A DNA stretch of 64,000 nt from Nitrospirota bacterium (GCA_049801375.1 JBARKJ010000046.1:3204-67203); one strand, 5' to 3'. Shown: positions 34,974 to 44,305, numbered from the stretch's first letter. Notes: generated by a model not told the origin, from the letters alone. A program made the numbers and translations.

Positions 34974-36359
34974 CTACCGCTTCACTTCCGTGTACTCCGA
35001 CGCTTCCTTTTCCGCCTTCATTTTCTCCCATGCCTTATCCGCGATCCTGCAGTATTCCTCGGAGTATTTATCCAGATCCGGCGCCAGGTCGGTCAGAATC
35101 TTCTCCGCGCCTTCATGCGTGGGCCGCGCCCCGGAGGCCAGGACCGATTCGCGGACGAACTCCGGCTTGTCTATCATCATGCACGGGGTCAGCATGTTCG
35201 GGTTCGTCTTCTGCCGCGCGCGGATCATCTTGAAGAACGACGACATCAGCGCGTCTTTTATCGTCGTATTCCTGATGTTGTCCACGGCGAAATGGCAGAA
35301 TACGCAGGGTTCGATATCTCCGTGCGCGTTCACGTGCAGGTATTTCCTGCCGCCGGCTAAGCACCCGCCCACGACGTGCCCGTCGTTCCAGAAATCAGCT
35401 AACAGTATCGGCTTTGTCCGCCGGACGCGCCAGACCGTCTCCCGGAGCGTGCTTCTCTGCTGGGGCGTGGGCATAAGGTCGATGTTCGGCTCCCTGCCTA
35501 TGGGTATGTACGAGAAGAACCAGCCCACCGAGCAGCCCTTTTCAATCATAAGGTCATAGTACTCCTCCGAGGTAATGGTCTCGAAGTTCTTGCGGGTCGA
35601 GGTGCAGGAGAAGCCGAACAGTACCCCGGCCTCTTTCAAAAGGTCCATGGCGTGCATGACCTTCTGGAAATGTCCCTTGCCGCGCCGCAGGTCGGTCTCC
35701 TCCTCGAACCCTTCAAGGCTTATGCAGGGCAGGACGTTGCCAAGCTCGGCAACCTTCTTCACAAGCGTCTCGTCTAAAAGTCCGCCGTGGGTGAAAACGA
35801 GGAACGCGACATCGTGGTGCTTTTCGAAAATTTCCAGCAGGTCCTTACGGAAGAACGGCTCTCCGCCGGAGACGACGCAGAAGTAAACGCCCATCTCCTT
35901 CATCTGGTTTATGACGCCGTCGACTTCATCGAACGACAGTTCTTCGGTCTTTTTATAGCTGCCGGCGTAGCAGCCGAAGCAGTTCAAGTTGCAGCGCATC
36001 GAGGGCGATATGACATACAGGCCGGGTGGATAGAAACCGCCCCCTTCGTCCTGAAACGCCTTCCGCTTGTTCGTGCCTACCAGCAACTGGCCGACTATGA
36101 ACGTCTTCACCAGCCTCTTGCGGACGTTCGGGTGGGTCTCCCGGATTATCTTCTTCGCCACCTGCAGACTCGGGTGGCCGTCCATGAACATCTTCCGGAT
36201 CTCCCTTATCGCCTTGACGTACTTCTCTTTTTTGGCGAATTTTTCAGCCAGGTAGGTAAACCGGATTACATTTTCGTCTGAACTGTTGCCCAGAATCCCC
36301 AGCAGGGCGTCCGCCGCCTGCGTTATTGTATAATTTCGAAACTGCTCAAAATAACTCAT
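34974..36359 (-). CDS. Radical SAM protein with a C-terminal SPASM/twitch-like Cys-rich domain (terminal gene of the PKS-lipid cluster)
   Basis: The start was set at Met7 of the track ORF (MSYFEQF...). CNLNCFGCY (CxxxCxxC) preceded by a ~100-aa N-terminal domain; SGGEPF glycine-rich SAM motif; GGCLAGGRKYLHVNAHGDIEPCVFCH auxiliary-cluster motif. Confidence 0.75.
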   Translation of the reverse strand: MSYFEQFRNYTITQAADALLGILGNSSDENVIRFTYLAEKFAKKEKYVKAIREIRKMFMDGHPSLQVAKKIIRETHPNVRKRLVKTFIVGQLLVGTNKRKAFQDEGGGFYPPGLYVISPSMRCNLNCFGCYAGSYKKTEELSFDEVDGVINQMKEMGVYFCVVSGGEPFFRKDLLEIFEKHHDVAFLVFTHGGLLDETLVKKVAELGNVLPCISLEGFEEETDLRRGKGHFQKVMHAMDLLKEAGVLFGFSCTSTRKNFETITSEEYYDLMIEKGCSVGWFFSYIPIGREPNIDLMPTPQQRSTLRETVWRVRRTKPILLADFWNDGHVVGGCLAGGRKYLHVNAHGDIEPCVFCHFAVDNIRNTTIKDALMSSFFKMIRARQKTNPNMLTPCMMIDKPEFVRESVLASGARPTHEGAEKILTDLAPDLDKYSEEYCRIADKAWEKMKAEKEASEYTEVKR

Positions 36360-36429
36360 TACCGCTTCACCTCCCACTACGATTGCAGAGTATGTAATTT
36401 TTACAAAACAGGGGGCACTAAGTCAAGGA

Positions 36430-37329
36430 TTAATCCCAAAAATAATAAAAATTGAACCATTGTTCAGGGTGGCTGCGCACGTATTTTTCAAATACGGCGG
36501 CGATTTTCCTGATGTTTACCCGCAGGTCATGGTCAACGTCCCCGGTAGCCGTCATCTCTATCGGCGGCTCCGCGACAGGATGGTATTTGCCGTCCTCTCC
36601 CATTATTGTAAACGCGGGTATAAGCGGCACACCGGTTTTCATGGCCAAAAGCGCCGGCCCCCTTGGGAACGCCGCCGGCTTCCCGAAGAAATCCACCCTG
36701 ATGCCGGACCTGCTTAAGTCCCGGTCCCCCTGAATCGCCACCAGTTCATTTCTTTTCAGGGCGTTATACGCGCTCAGGGCAAACCCGGCGGGGTTGTCGG
36801 TGGATATTATTTTTATCCCCCTGATATCCTTGTTCCTGTCTAAAAGGCGGTTCTGCTCCTCCGAGTCGTAGAGGTGCTGGACGACGTTTACCTTGAACCC
36901 GAGGTATTTAAGCAGTATCCCGCCCAGTTCCCAATGGCCTATGTGCGCGGTCAAGATTATCGCGCCCTTCCCGCCCTCGACCGCTTTTTTAATATTGTCC
37001 AGGCCTAAAAATTCCGGCACGCGCGAGGCTATCTCGGCGTCGCTCATCCGCTCGAAACGGAAGAGGTCCAGCAGAAATCTCCCGTGGCTGCGCCAGAGCT
37101 TCCGCACCGTCATGAACTTTTCACGCTGCGGGACGTCCGGGCCCAGGACGTGGTCCAGGTTCCTTACCTGCTCGGGGACGATATTTTCGGATTTATAATA
37201 GAATAGCCAGTCGGCGATCCTGTCCCCTATCAAGTTGGCGAGAGGGGTCGGGATATATCTCGCCCCCCAGGAGATCCACCAGTAGATGGAGTGCTTGTCC
37301 AGCCTGTAGGAATGAGTCCCTTTAACCAT
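36430..37329 (-). CDS. Lysophospholipid/lipid A-type acyltransferase (LpxL/HtrB-family paralog inside the PKS cluster)
   Basis: 299 aa. AHIGHWELGG (HX4E acyltransferase motif); C-terminal HPEQWFNFYYFWD resembles the LpxL C-terminus. A second LPLAT copy, distinct from the lpxL at 16490-17443. Confidence 0.7.
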   Translation of the reverse strand: MVKGTHSYRLDKHSIYWWISWGARYIPTPLANLIGDRIADWLFYYKSENIVPEQVRNLDHVLGPDVPQREKFMTVRKLWRSHGRFLLDLFRFERMSDAEIASRVPEFLGLDNIKKAVEGGKGAIILTAHIGHWELGGILLKYLGFKVNVVQHLYDSEEQNRLLDRNKDIRGIKIISTDNPAGFALSAYNALKRNELVAIQGDRDLSRSGIRVDFFGKPAAFPRGPALLAMKTGVPLIPAFTIMGEDGKYHPVAEPPIEMTATGDVDHDLRVNIRKIAAVFEKYVRSHPEQWFNFYYFWD

Positions 37330-38884
37330 CAGCCAGCCCCAGTTTCCTCAAGGCTTCCCTCATCGGCCCCTGAAAAGGCCGGGGCGTCTCGGAGAGAAAC
37401 GCGTCCTTTACGTCGGAAGCTTTCACCGTACCGGATCTTACCGCCCCTTGCACCTTCTTCCGGATAGCCTTGCGCGCAATGGGCCGAAGTAGAGCCGGGA
37501 CTTCCAGCAGGACTTTCTCGAACACCTCCAGGGCGAAATCGTCCCACAGAGCTTCCTTCGGTTGTGAATCGGGACGTCTTCTCGAACTTGAATCCGAATA
37601 CATTCCCTGTAGAATAGCGTTGGCGGGATAGCAGACCCAGTCCGGATGGGTCTTGAAATATTCCCCGGCTATGGAATAAAGGCCGTCTCCCAACCTGTCC
37701 GAGACGTAAAACTTAGGCTCCATAAGCGTATCTTCGGGCGAAATTAATTTCTCATACACGGCGAGGCGGGCAAGGGGCGTGCCCGGATATATCCGCACCC
37801 CGGCGACGGCGAACACTTTATCGGGCTGCAGTTCCTCAAGGGCGTCGAAGGTCTCTTTAAGCGAATCCCCGTCTTCGCCCGGCCCGCCCAGGAGGAGGAA
37901 CACGAGGCTCATCAGCCCTGCCTCCTTCGCGGCCCGGACGGCGTTCACGGCCTCATTCTTTCCGAATTTTTTACCGAGCCTTGGGAGCATCCTGTCGGAC
38001 AGGGAATCCGCGCCCACCTCCACGCTCTCGCATCCCGCCCGCTTCATCTTGTCGAGGAGTCTTGCGTCCAGTCCGACGGGGCTTGCAAGGCATCCCCAGG
38101 AAGCTCTTATCCCGCGCTTAATTATTTCATCGCATACGGCAGCGGCATGGCCGGGCGGATTATTGAATATATTGTCCACGAAATAAAAAGGGGCCGTCAG
38201 TCCGGCGTCTATCGCGCTGCTCATCTCGCGCGCCACTTCCTCGGGGGGCCTCAGGCGCATTTCTCTTCCTTCCAGCCCCGGATAGGTGCAATAGACGCAC
38301 GAGAAGGAACAGCCGCGTTTAGACTGGATACCTACCATGTCGTAATCCTTGGCCGGGAAGAGGTCCCACGCTGGCAGGACGAGCGGAGAAAGGCTTAGCG
38401 GACTTGGCGGGTTCTGGAAATAGGAGCCGCCTTCAAACCGGCAAAGGCCGGGGACCTTGGAAAAAGGCGTCTTGCCGGTAAGCGCGTCCGCGAGCATCGG
38501 CACGGCCATCTCTCCCTCTCCGGCTATCCCGTAATCCGCTCCCAGGTATTCAAGTGCGGCCTCCGGCATGATGGAATATCCCGGCCCCCCCAAAACGACA
38601 GGGGCTTCCGTCTCTCGTTTTATCTGCCCGATGACTTCCCTGTAATCCGGCAGGAGAAAACGGCTGGAAGACTCGATATTCCTTATCGAGACGCCGACGA
38701 AATCCGGAGAGAGAGAACTGATTGCCCGCGTCAGTTCAGTTTCCGGGTCTTCCGCGAAAAGGAGGTCGAGCGCATGCACGTCGTGCCCCGCAAGGCGGAG
38801 CGCTTGAGCGACGAGCGCAAGGCCGAGCGGGGCCGCGGTGAACGGCTCGGTCTCCCTGTTCACGGATACCAACAAAACTTTCAA
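37322..38884 (-). CDS. B12-binding-domain radical SAM enzyme (class B rSAM) with a C-terminal PCP-reductase-like tail
   Basis: 520 aa. N-terminal cobalamin-binding Rossmann fold (MKVLLVSVNRETEPFTAAPLGLALVAQALRLAGHDV...), CSFSCVYC (CxxxCxxC). C-terminal ...PIARKAIRKKVQGAVRSGTVKASDVKDAF resembles the PF08369-type tail. Confidence 0.75.
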   Translation of the reverse strand: MKVLLVSVNRETEPFTAAPLGLALVAQALRLAGHDVHALDLLFAEDPETELTRAISSLSPDFVGVSIRNIESSSRFLLPDYREVIGQIKRETEAPVVLGGPGYSIMPEAALEYLGADYGIAGEGEMAVPMLADALTGKTPFSKVPGLCRFEGGSYFQNPPSPLSLSPLVLPAWDLFPAKDYDMVGIQSKRGCSFSCVYCTYPGLEGREMRLRPPEEVAREMSSAIDAGLTAPFYFVDNIFNNPPGHAAAVCDEIIKRGIRASWGCLASPVGLDARLLDKMKRAGCESVEVGADSLSDRMLPRLGKKFGKNEAVNAVRAAKEAGLMSLVFLLLGGPGEDGDSLKETFDALEELQPDKVFAVAGVRIYPGTPLARLAVYEKLISPEDTLMEPKFYVSDRLGDGLYSIAGEYFKTHPDWVCYPANAILQGMYSDSSSRRRPDSQPKEALWDDFALEVFEKVLLEVPALLRPIARKAIRKKVQGAVRSGTVKASDVKDAFLSETPRPFQGPMREALRKLGLADG

Positions 38885-38907
38885 TCTAGCTAATCCTCCG
38901 TGCGGCC

Positions 38908-39492
38908 CTATCTGCTCAGTTTCTCTACGAACTCCGATATCTTGTCGCCCGTGGCCTTAACCCTGTTTTCCACAAGCGCCCATTTGTCGCCGCCCTGTAG
39001 TCCGGAGGTGCTTTCGTGCTGGAATGTCGCGAGCTCCTTGCCGGTCTTGGCGTCTATGAGTTTGCCTTTCACTGTGATTCCCGCCTGGCCGGCACCCATT
39101 CCCCAGAACATCCTGCTGAATGTGCTCCCCATGTTAACCTGCGAGAACTCGCCCTCGATTATCATGTCCGCCTTGTCGGCGTTCTTGCCGTCCGGATCAA
39201 TGATAAAGGCGGTGACCCTGTCCCCGTTAAGCTCGTTCTTCATAGTCCGGGCTAGCATCTCCTGCCAGTCCTTCAGGTAGTTTTTGAGCTCTCTCTTCTC
39301 TTCGTCGTCCACGTTGTTGTACTCTACGTTATCAGTGGAGAATAGCTTGATCCCGATGGTCCTGTACTTCGAGAGGCTCTCGTCTGTCATTACGTCCTCT
39401 TTGTCGAGGACTCCCGGAGCCGACATCCTGGCTAAGCCATTAATGGGTATCAAAAGTGCGACAACGGCCATTATTAAAAGCATTTTTTTCAT
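38908..39492 (-). CDS. Secreted/lipoprotein-like protein of unknown function
   Basis: The start was set at Met15 (MKKMLLIMAVVALLIPINGLA signal peptide). No catalytic motifs. Gly-rich MFWGMGAGQAGITVKGK segment. Confidence 0.45.
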   Translation of the reverse strand: MKKMLLIMAVVALLIPINGLARMSAPGVLDKEDVMTDESLSKYRTIGIKLFSTDNVEYNNVDDEEKRELKNYLKDWQEMLARTMKNELNGDRVTAFIIDPDGKNADKADMIIEGEFSQVNMGSTFSRMFWGMGAGQAGITVKGKLIDAKTGKELATFQHESTSGLQGGDKWALVENRVKATGDKISEFVEKLSR

Positions 39493-39564
39493 TGTATTCC
39501 TCCTGTTCACAATCGGGTTAATAAATAAAAACACGGGTAACCCCCCTTGCCTCCTTTCGAGAAT

Positions 39565-40926
39565 TTAACTTCCGAAATTCTTTATTATCAGTCTCGCGGC
39601 GGCCCTGCCGGACAGCACCGACGACGCGGCACAGCCGCCGACCGGAAGCACCGTGGAACCTACGCAGTATAATCCCTTGACAGGCGTATTCGTGCCCATC
39701 TTCTCGTAATGCACGCTCTCGGCGACAGGCGAGACGGAACTGGCAAAACCGAAGTTAACCGCATAGTCCATCGGAGTGTAGAGCCTGCCTTCGACCACGC
39801 TCTCCCGGAAGCCCGGAATCAACGAATCCATTTTAGCCATTACTTTCCCGGCCTCGGCCTCGATTGCCTCTCTTGCGATAGCGCCCTTGGGCACGAGGAA
39901 TTTTATGGTACCGGCAAGATGCTCCCCGCCCGTGTCATGCGCCGCGCCGGGGACGGAGATGACGTACATATTATCTTCCGGAAACGAGCCGTCTTTCAGG
40001 GTCTTGAACATCCCGCCGACACTTTTCGGAAACATCGCGTAGAGGTGCACGCCCGGAGTAATCTTCGCGCTCCTCTTAAATACCGTGAACACGCTCGCCA
40101 TGCAAAAACCCTCTTTGTAGTAGCCCAGCGTGTTCAGGAACCCCTGCGGGAAATTCTCCTTGCCCGCGAGAGAGTGAACCGTCTGCAGAATGCCCGTCCC
40201 GCTTATGACACTCTCCGCCTCTATCTCCCTGCCGTCAAGCAGGACGCCCCTCGCCTTGCCGTCGCTTATCAATATTTTTTTCGGCTGCGCGTTATAGACT
40301 ATGCCGCCGCCGTTCTCGCGGATGACGTCGGCCAGAAGTTCGGGCAGTCTCCCCGAACCGGCTCTGGGTATGAATGGCTTATCGTATCCGTACGTCCTGC
40401 CGAAGACAAGGTTAAACCAATGAGACGGCATATTTTCAGGTTCGTTCCCGGAGAAAAACGCGCCGACATTCAATATCTCCCGTAAATTGTCGTTATCGGT
40501 AATCCGGTTTATCACTTCTTTGTAATTGGAGATTTTCCTGTAGCGGTTAAATAATATCTGACCGCCCATACTGAGGCCGAAGCGGCCGATATCCTTTGCC
40601 CCCATCCCCATGCCGCTAAGGTCCTTAGGCGTATGCAGGCCCGGCGGGATGGTCATGGAGGAATCTGAGCAATTCGCCAGCACCTTGAACCATACCGGCT
40701 CCAGCTCTTTTTTCTTCCCCAGCTCCGAGAATACGCCGAGTAATTTTTTGCCGAAATAGTCCGCGCCGATGTCGAAGCGGTGCCCCATAAGCTCCACCGT
40801 CCGGCATCGCCCGCCCGGCTCGGACATCTTCTCCAGCACCAGCACTTTTTTCCCGGCGCGCGAAAGATACGCTCCGGCGGAAAGCCCGCCAAGACCGGCG
40901 CCGATTATTACCGCGTCATATGACAT
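39565..40926 (-). CDS. FAD-dependent oxidoreductase, phytoene desaturase (CrtI) family
   Basis: The start was set at Met23 (MSYDAVIIGAGLGGLSAGAYLSRAGKKVLVLEKMSEPGGRC, the dinucleotide-binding GxGxxG...E motif followed by GG). ~450 aa CrtI-like length. Confidence 0.7.
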   Translation of the reverse strand: MSYDAVIIGAGLGGLSAGAYLSRAGKKVLVLEKMSEPGGRCRTVELMGHRFDIGADYFGKKLLGVFSELGKKKELEPVWFKVLANCSDSSMTIPPGLHTPKDLSGMGMGAKDIGRFGLSMGGQILFNRYRKISNYKEVINRITDNDNLREILNVGAFFSGNEPENMPSHWFNLVFGRTYGYDKPFIPRAGSGRLPELLADVIRENGGGIVYNAQPKKILISDGKARGVLLDGREIEAESVISGTGILQTVHSLAGKENFPQGFLNTLGYYKEGFCMASVFTVFKRSAKITPGVHLYAMFPKSVGGMFKTLKDGSFPEDNMYVISVPGAAHDTGGEHLAGTIKFLVPKGAIAREAIEAEAGKVMAKMDSLIPGFRESVVEGRLYTPMDYAVNFGFASSVSPVAESVHYEKMGTNTPVKGLYCVGSTVLPVGGCAASSVLSGRAAARLIIKNFGS

Positions 40927-40928
40927 TG

Positions 40929-42131
40929 TCAGGCAAACCCCTTTATCGCCTGCACCGTTTTTTTCGCGGTGTAAACGCATGACTCTATGCACGGGAGCCG
41001 GTAGAAATCTCCGGCCAGATATGCGCCCGGAACCTCGGTCTCGATTCCTCGCGTCCTGCTCCCCGGCGGGATGAGCGTAATCGCCGGAGACCAGCCCACC
41101 TTAGGCAGTTCCTTATATTTCCCGAACACGGCCTCGATGTCCGCGTCCGTCCTGTACATGAACATCCCGGCGATGGTCCTGCCGTCAGGCAGGTGTTTCA
41201 TCTCTCCGCCGTGGATGCCGTGGCGGTTTTTATATTTGGAAAAAAGCAGGACGTCGTATTTGCCGTACCGGGGGGTGCGGGACTCGAATATCACTCCGCG
41301 CGTCTTGGTGGATTTCACGTCCACGGTTATTTCCGGCATCACCTTGCCAAGGCTCTCCTGGCCGGTGGCGAACACCACGCAATCCGCCGTCTCCTTCAAA
41401 GGCTCCCCCTTCGGCCCTTTAAGACTTATATCAAAAGTCCCTGATGCATTTTTCTTTACCCTCTCGACCTTATATCCCGTCTTTACAACGCCCGGCATCC
41501 TCCGCACAAGCTCGGCCGCCACCTCCGCCATCCCCTTGTGCGGTACGCGCACGGGCGAATCGCCGTACGCAAACAGGAACAGCCCATGGTCCGCGGCGAT
41601 GTGAGGCGGGTCTATATACCCGAAGCTGGAGAACGGCTGGACGATGTAGTCCAGCATTTTTTGCGAATAACCCATCTCGCGCACGCAGAACTCTTCGAGT
41701 GAAATCGAATGAAGCTCCCGAAGCTTCGGGTCCCAGTTCTCCATCCGGAAGTCCAGGCCCTTTATAAACTTCTTCAGCCGCCCCCACTGCATGTACTCGG
41801 AAAAAGTAAAAAAGCCGCTTCTGAACATGGACCAGGAATCAAGGCCGGTGATTTTATCGCCTATCTGGAGGGCAAATTTTTTAAGCCTGATCAGCTCGTG
41901 CGACACGCCCAGTTCCGCGATCAGTTCCGTGAAGTGCGGGTTCAGGCGTGGCGCGAACATCATCGCGCCTTTATTTATATATACCCCTTCATATTCCAGC
42001 GTCGCGAACCGTCCGCCCGCATCCGGCCTCTTCTCATAGACGACCGGCTGGCAGCCCTCCTTCCGCAGGTAATAGGCCGTCGAAAGCCCGGCGATACCGG
42101 CACCGAAAATCAAGACCTTTTTATTTAACAT
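40929..42131 (-). CDS. FAD-dependent oxidoreductase (amine-oxidase / protoporphyrinogen-oxidase / HpnE-like)
   Basis: 400 aa. KKVLIFGAGIAGLSTAYYLRKEGCQPVVYEKRPDAGGR N-terminal FAD fold; C-terminal ...GAYLAGDFY typical of the amine-oxidase fold. Confidence 0.65.
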   Translation of the reverse strand: MLNKKVLIFGAGIAGLSTAYYLRKEGCQPVVYEKRPDAGGRFATLEYEGVYINKGAMMFAPRLNPHFTELIAELGVSHELIRLKKFALQIGDKITGLDSWSMFRSGFFTFSEYMQWGRLKKFIKGLDFRMENWDPKLRELHSISLEEFCVREMGYSQKMLDYIVQPFSSFGYIDPPHIAADHGLFLFAYGDSPVRVPHKGMAEVAAELVRRMPGVVKTGYKVERVKKNASGTFDISLKGPKGEPLKETADCVVFATGQESLGKVMPEITVDVKSTKTRGVIFESRTPRYGKYDVLLFSKYKNRHGIHGGEMKHLPDGRTIAGMFMYRTDADIEAVFGKYKELPKVGWSPAITLIPPGSRTRGIETEVPGAYLAGDFYRLPCIESCVYTAKKTVQAIKGFA

Positions 42132-42243
42132 TCAAAACCTTTCGTTACTTTCTTTTGGGTAAAAAGCAGCTAAGGCGCTGTGCATTTGTCCATCTTCGGA
42201 GCCTTCGCCTCCGTAAGGTAGAAGTAACCAAATAAAACCGGAA

Positions 42244-43155
42244 TTATAAACCAAGTACAGTTGCCAAATTACCGTACAAAATCTTTTGTTTGGAAGGAAG
42301 CGTTAAGGCTAGTGCGTTAACCGCGTCTATCGACGCCTTTATCTCCCGGTTCGCCGGGAAATCGCTCCCCCACAGCACCCTGTCCTCGCCGAATACATCG
42401 GCCGCAAGTTCCAGCATCTTTACGTCCGCCGTGCCGGAAGTGTCCACGTAAACTTTCTTCAACGTCTCCCCCGGTTCCTCACCCATGTCCTTCACTATCC
42501 CCCGGCCAAGGAGCATCTTGTACGTCCTTCCGTATCTGCCGGCAAGAAACGGCATCACGCCAGCAAAGCTCGCGAACACAAGCTTCAGCCGGGGGAACTT
42601 TTTCAGCAGGCCAGAGTCGATAACCCTGGCGAGGCAGAGCGTGGTATCGAACGCATACTGGAACACCGGAGTTATCAGCGGGTGGCGCAGCTTCTCGAAC
42701 CCGAACGGAGTAAGCGTAGTGGGATGAAAAAAGACCGGCGCTCCCCACCCTTCGGCCTTCTCGAAAAAAGGCAGGAACCTATCATCGTCCGGATAATTAC
42801 CGCCGTTGTTCGTCGGCACTGTAAATCCGGCCGCGCCCTGCGCCAATGCCTCTTCCCCCAGAGTGACCATATCGTCAGCCCCTGCCAATGGCACTGACCC
42901 AAGCCATAAAATACGCCCAGTCGACCTCTTTGCTATGTCCTTCACCGCCCCGTTATATACGCGCGCCGCATCCGTTTCCGCAAGGGCGGCCTTGATGTGA
43001 AAATCGGTAGTCGGGTATGATACCAGCGCGCGAGAAACGCCGGCTTCGTCCATTGCACGAAGATGGTTATCAATTCCGCCCCAGGACTCGTTGTAGAACG
43101 AGGCGTGTTTGATTACCTCGTCCGGCAATAGATGGAAATGCGAATCGAATATCAT
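42244..43155 (-). CDS. Amidohydrolase_2 family (ACMSD / hydroxybenzoate (de)carboxylase / 2-pyrone hydrolase-type TIM-barrel metalloenzyme)
   Basis: The start was set at Met17 (MIFDSHFHLL, the metal-binding HxH of the amidohydrolase fold). ...VLWGSDFP (C-terminal Asp ligand). 1-nt shared ATG/TAA overlap with the flavoprotein gene. Confidence 0.65.
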   Translation of the reverse strand: MIFDSHFHLLPDEVIKHASFYNESWGGIDNHLRAMDEAGVSRALVSYPTTDFHIKAALAETDAARVYNGAVKDIAKRSTGRILWLGSVPLAGADDMVTLGEEALAQGAAGFTVPTNNGGNYPDDDRFLPFFEKAEGWGAPVFFHPTTLTPFGFEKLRHPLITPVFQYAFDTTLCLARVIDSGLLKKFPRLKLVFASFAGVMPFLAGRYGRTYKMLLGRGIVKDMGEEPGETLKKVYVDTSGTADVKMLELAADVFGEDRVLWGSDFPANREIKASIDAVNALALTLPSKQKILYGNLATVLGL

Positions 43156-43880
43156 TAATATCTCAGCACTTCTTTTATCGTTTGAAACAGCTCCGAATTC
43201 CACACGTCGTATACTTGTTCGCCCACCGCGCGCGCCATCATTGTTGCTGGTTTATTCTCCTCATAGGACGGCATCGGCTTATCCAGCAGGGTTTTAAAAC
43301 CGGGATGCTCCATCGCGAAACGCTTTCCAACCATGCAGAGGTTCCTCATCTCCGCATCCATCAGGGCGATTCCAGCGCACGCGACCGACGTCGCCGTCAT
43401 TGCTTTCAGGTAATGGAACAGGTAATAGAGCGCGCCCTCCATGCCGAGCGCCGCGCCAACCGCGAGGTTACCCACCGGGGCGCCCTTGAAAGGGTTTTTC
43501 GGGTATGCGGTGATAGTCGTCCCCCATATCTCCGAACGCTCCTGTTCGTGCAGGGGGCGGGTCCTGTGCAAAAGGTTCATGACTATTGCGGGCTGTTGAT
43601 AGGCATAGACCGGGGACGAAAAAATAAACGCGTCCGATTCGGACATTTTATCAAAAATGAGCTTTCCGTCGTCGCCCTTGTCTTCAAGTAGAGGGCAGGT
43701 AAGGCCGCAGAGGCAGCGGTTGCATGCGAGGCATGGCTTCACGTTGTAATTTATCAGGCGGATAACTTCAGACTCGGCGCCTTTTTCCTCGGCGGCCTCA
43801 AGCGCCTTGCGCAGAAAATAATCGCTGGCGGATTTCTGCTTCCCCCTCTTGTGCGTCCCACAGATACCAAGTATCTTCAT
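43155..43880 (-). CDS. Iron-sulfur flavoprotein (Isf) / NADPH-dependent FMN reductase family
   Basis: The start was set at Met72 of the track ORF (MKILGICGTHKRG, the flavodoxin-like FMN phosphate loop). Compact Cys cluster CLACNRCLCGLTC, typical of Isf [4Fe-4S] binding. Confidence 0.7.
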   Translation of the reverse strand: MKILGICGTHKRGKQKSASDYFLRKALEAAEEKGAESEVIRLINYNVKPCLACNRCLCGLTCPLLEDKGDDGKLIFDKMSESDAFIFSSPVYAYQQPAIVMNLLHRTRPLHEQERSEIWGTTITAYPKNPFKGAPVGNLAVGAALGMEGALYYLFHYLKAMTATSVACAGIALMDAEMRNLCMVGKRFAMEHPGFKTLLDKPMPSYEENKPATMMARAVGEQVYDVWNSELFQTIKEVLRY

Positions 43881-44305
43881 ATTCCCTCGATTATTTCTTT
43901 TATCCTCTGCATGTTCTTCTTCGAGTGCTCGTTTATACGGGCTTCCGCCGTTTTGTCGTCCACCGGCGCTTTTTCGTCCATAGAGAAGTCCTGCTCCCAG
44001 GTCATCTCCACCCCGCCGTCTTTCTCTACGTATGTCCAGAGGAGGTCCATGTATTTGAACGGGAACATCGGCTCCTCGCGTTTCGCGGAGCATTTATGCC
44101 CGGGCTTGTCCAGGATGCGACTGGAGCGCCAGGACTTCCCATCTTTGTTGGTCAACTGGAAGGTTATTTTGTTTCCTTCGCGCGAAAGGATCTTCGCGTC
44201 CGAATACTCGTCAAAAAGCTCGGGCCAGCGCTCGATGTCGTTCGTAATGTCGAACACGCTCCCATAAGGCGCGTTTATGAAGATTGAATTCTTGGTGTGT
44301 GCCAT
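43877..44305 (-). CDS. Type II polyketide aromatase/cyclase (SRPBCC, TcmN / WhiE-ORFVI ARO/CYC N-terminal-domain type), stand-alone
   Basis: 142 aa. NSIFINAPYGSVFDITNDIERWPELFDEYSDAKIL...PMFPFKYMDLLWTYVEKDGGVEMTWEQDFSMDEKAPVDD...NMQRIKEIIE follows the TcmN pattern [29 protein letters not shown]...FAYMNLHWTY...[21 protein letters not shown]...NMERIKKIIE (recalled from memory). Confidence 0.7.
   Translation of the reverse strand: MAHTKNSIFINAPYGSVFDITNDIERWPELFDEYSDAKILSREGNKITFQLTNKDGKSWRSSRILDKPGHKCSAKREEPMFPFKYMDLLWTYVEKDGGVEMTWEQDFSMDEKAPVDDKTAEARINEHSKKNMQRIKEIIEGI

Noticed and set aside
34906-35559. 217-aa plus-strand ORF starting inside the tRNA-Phe gene
   Set aside because: It begins within the tRNA and runs antisense through the radical SAM gene, and its translation has low complexity.
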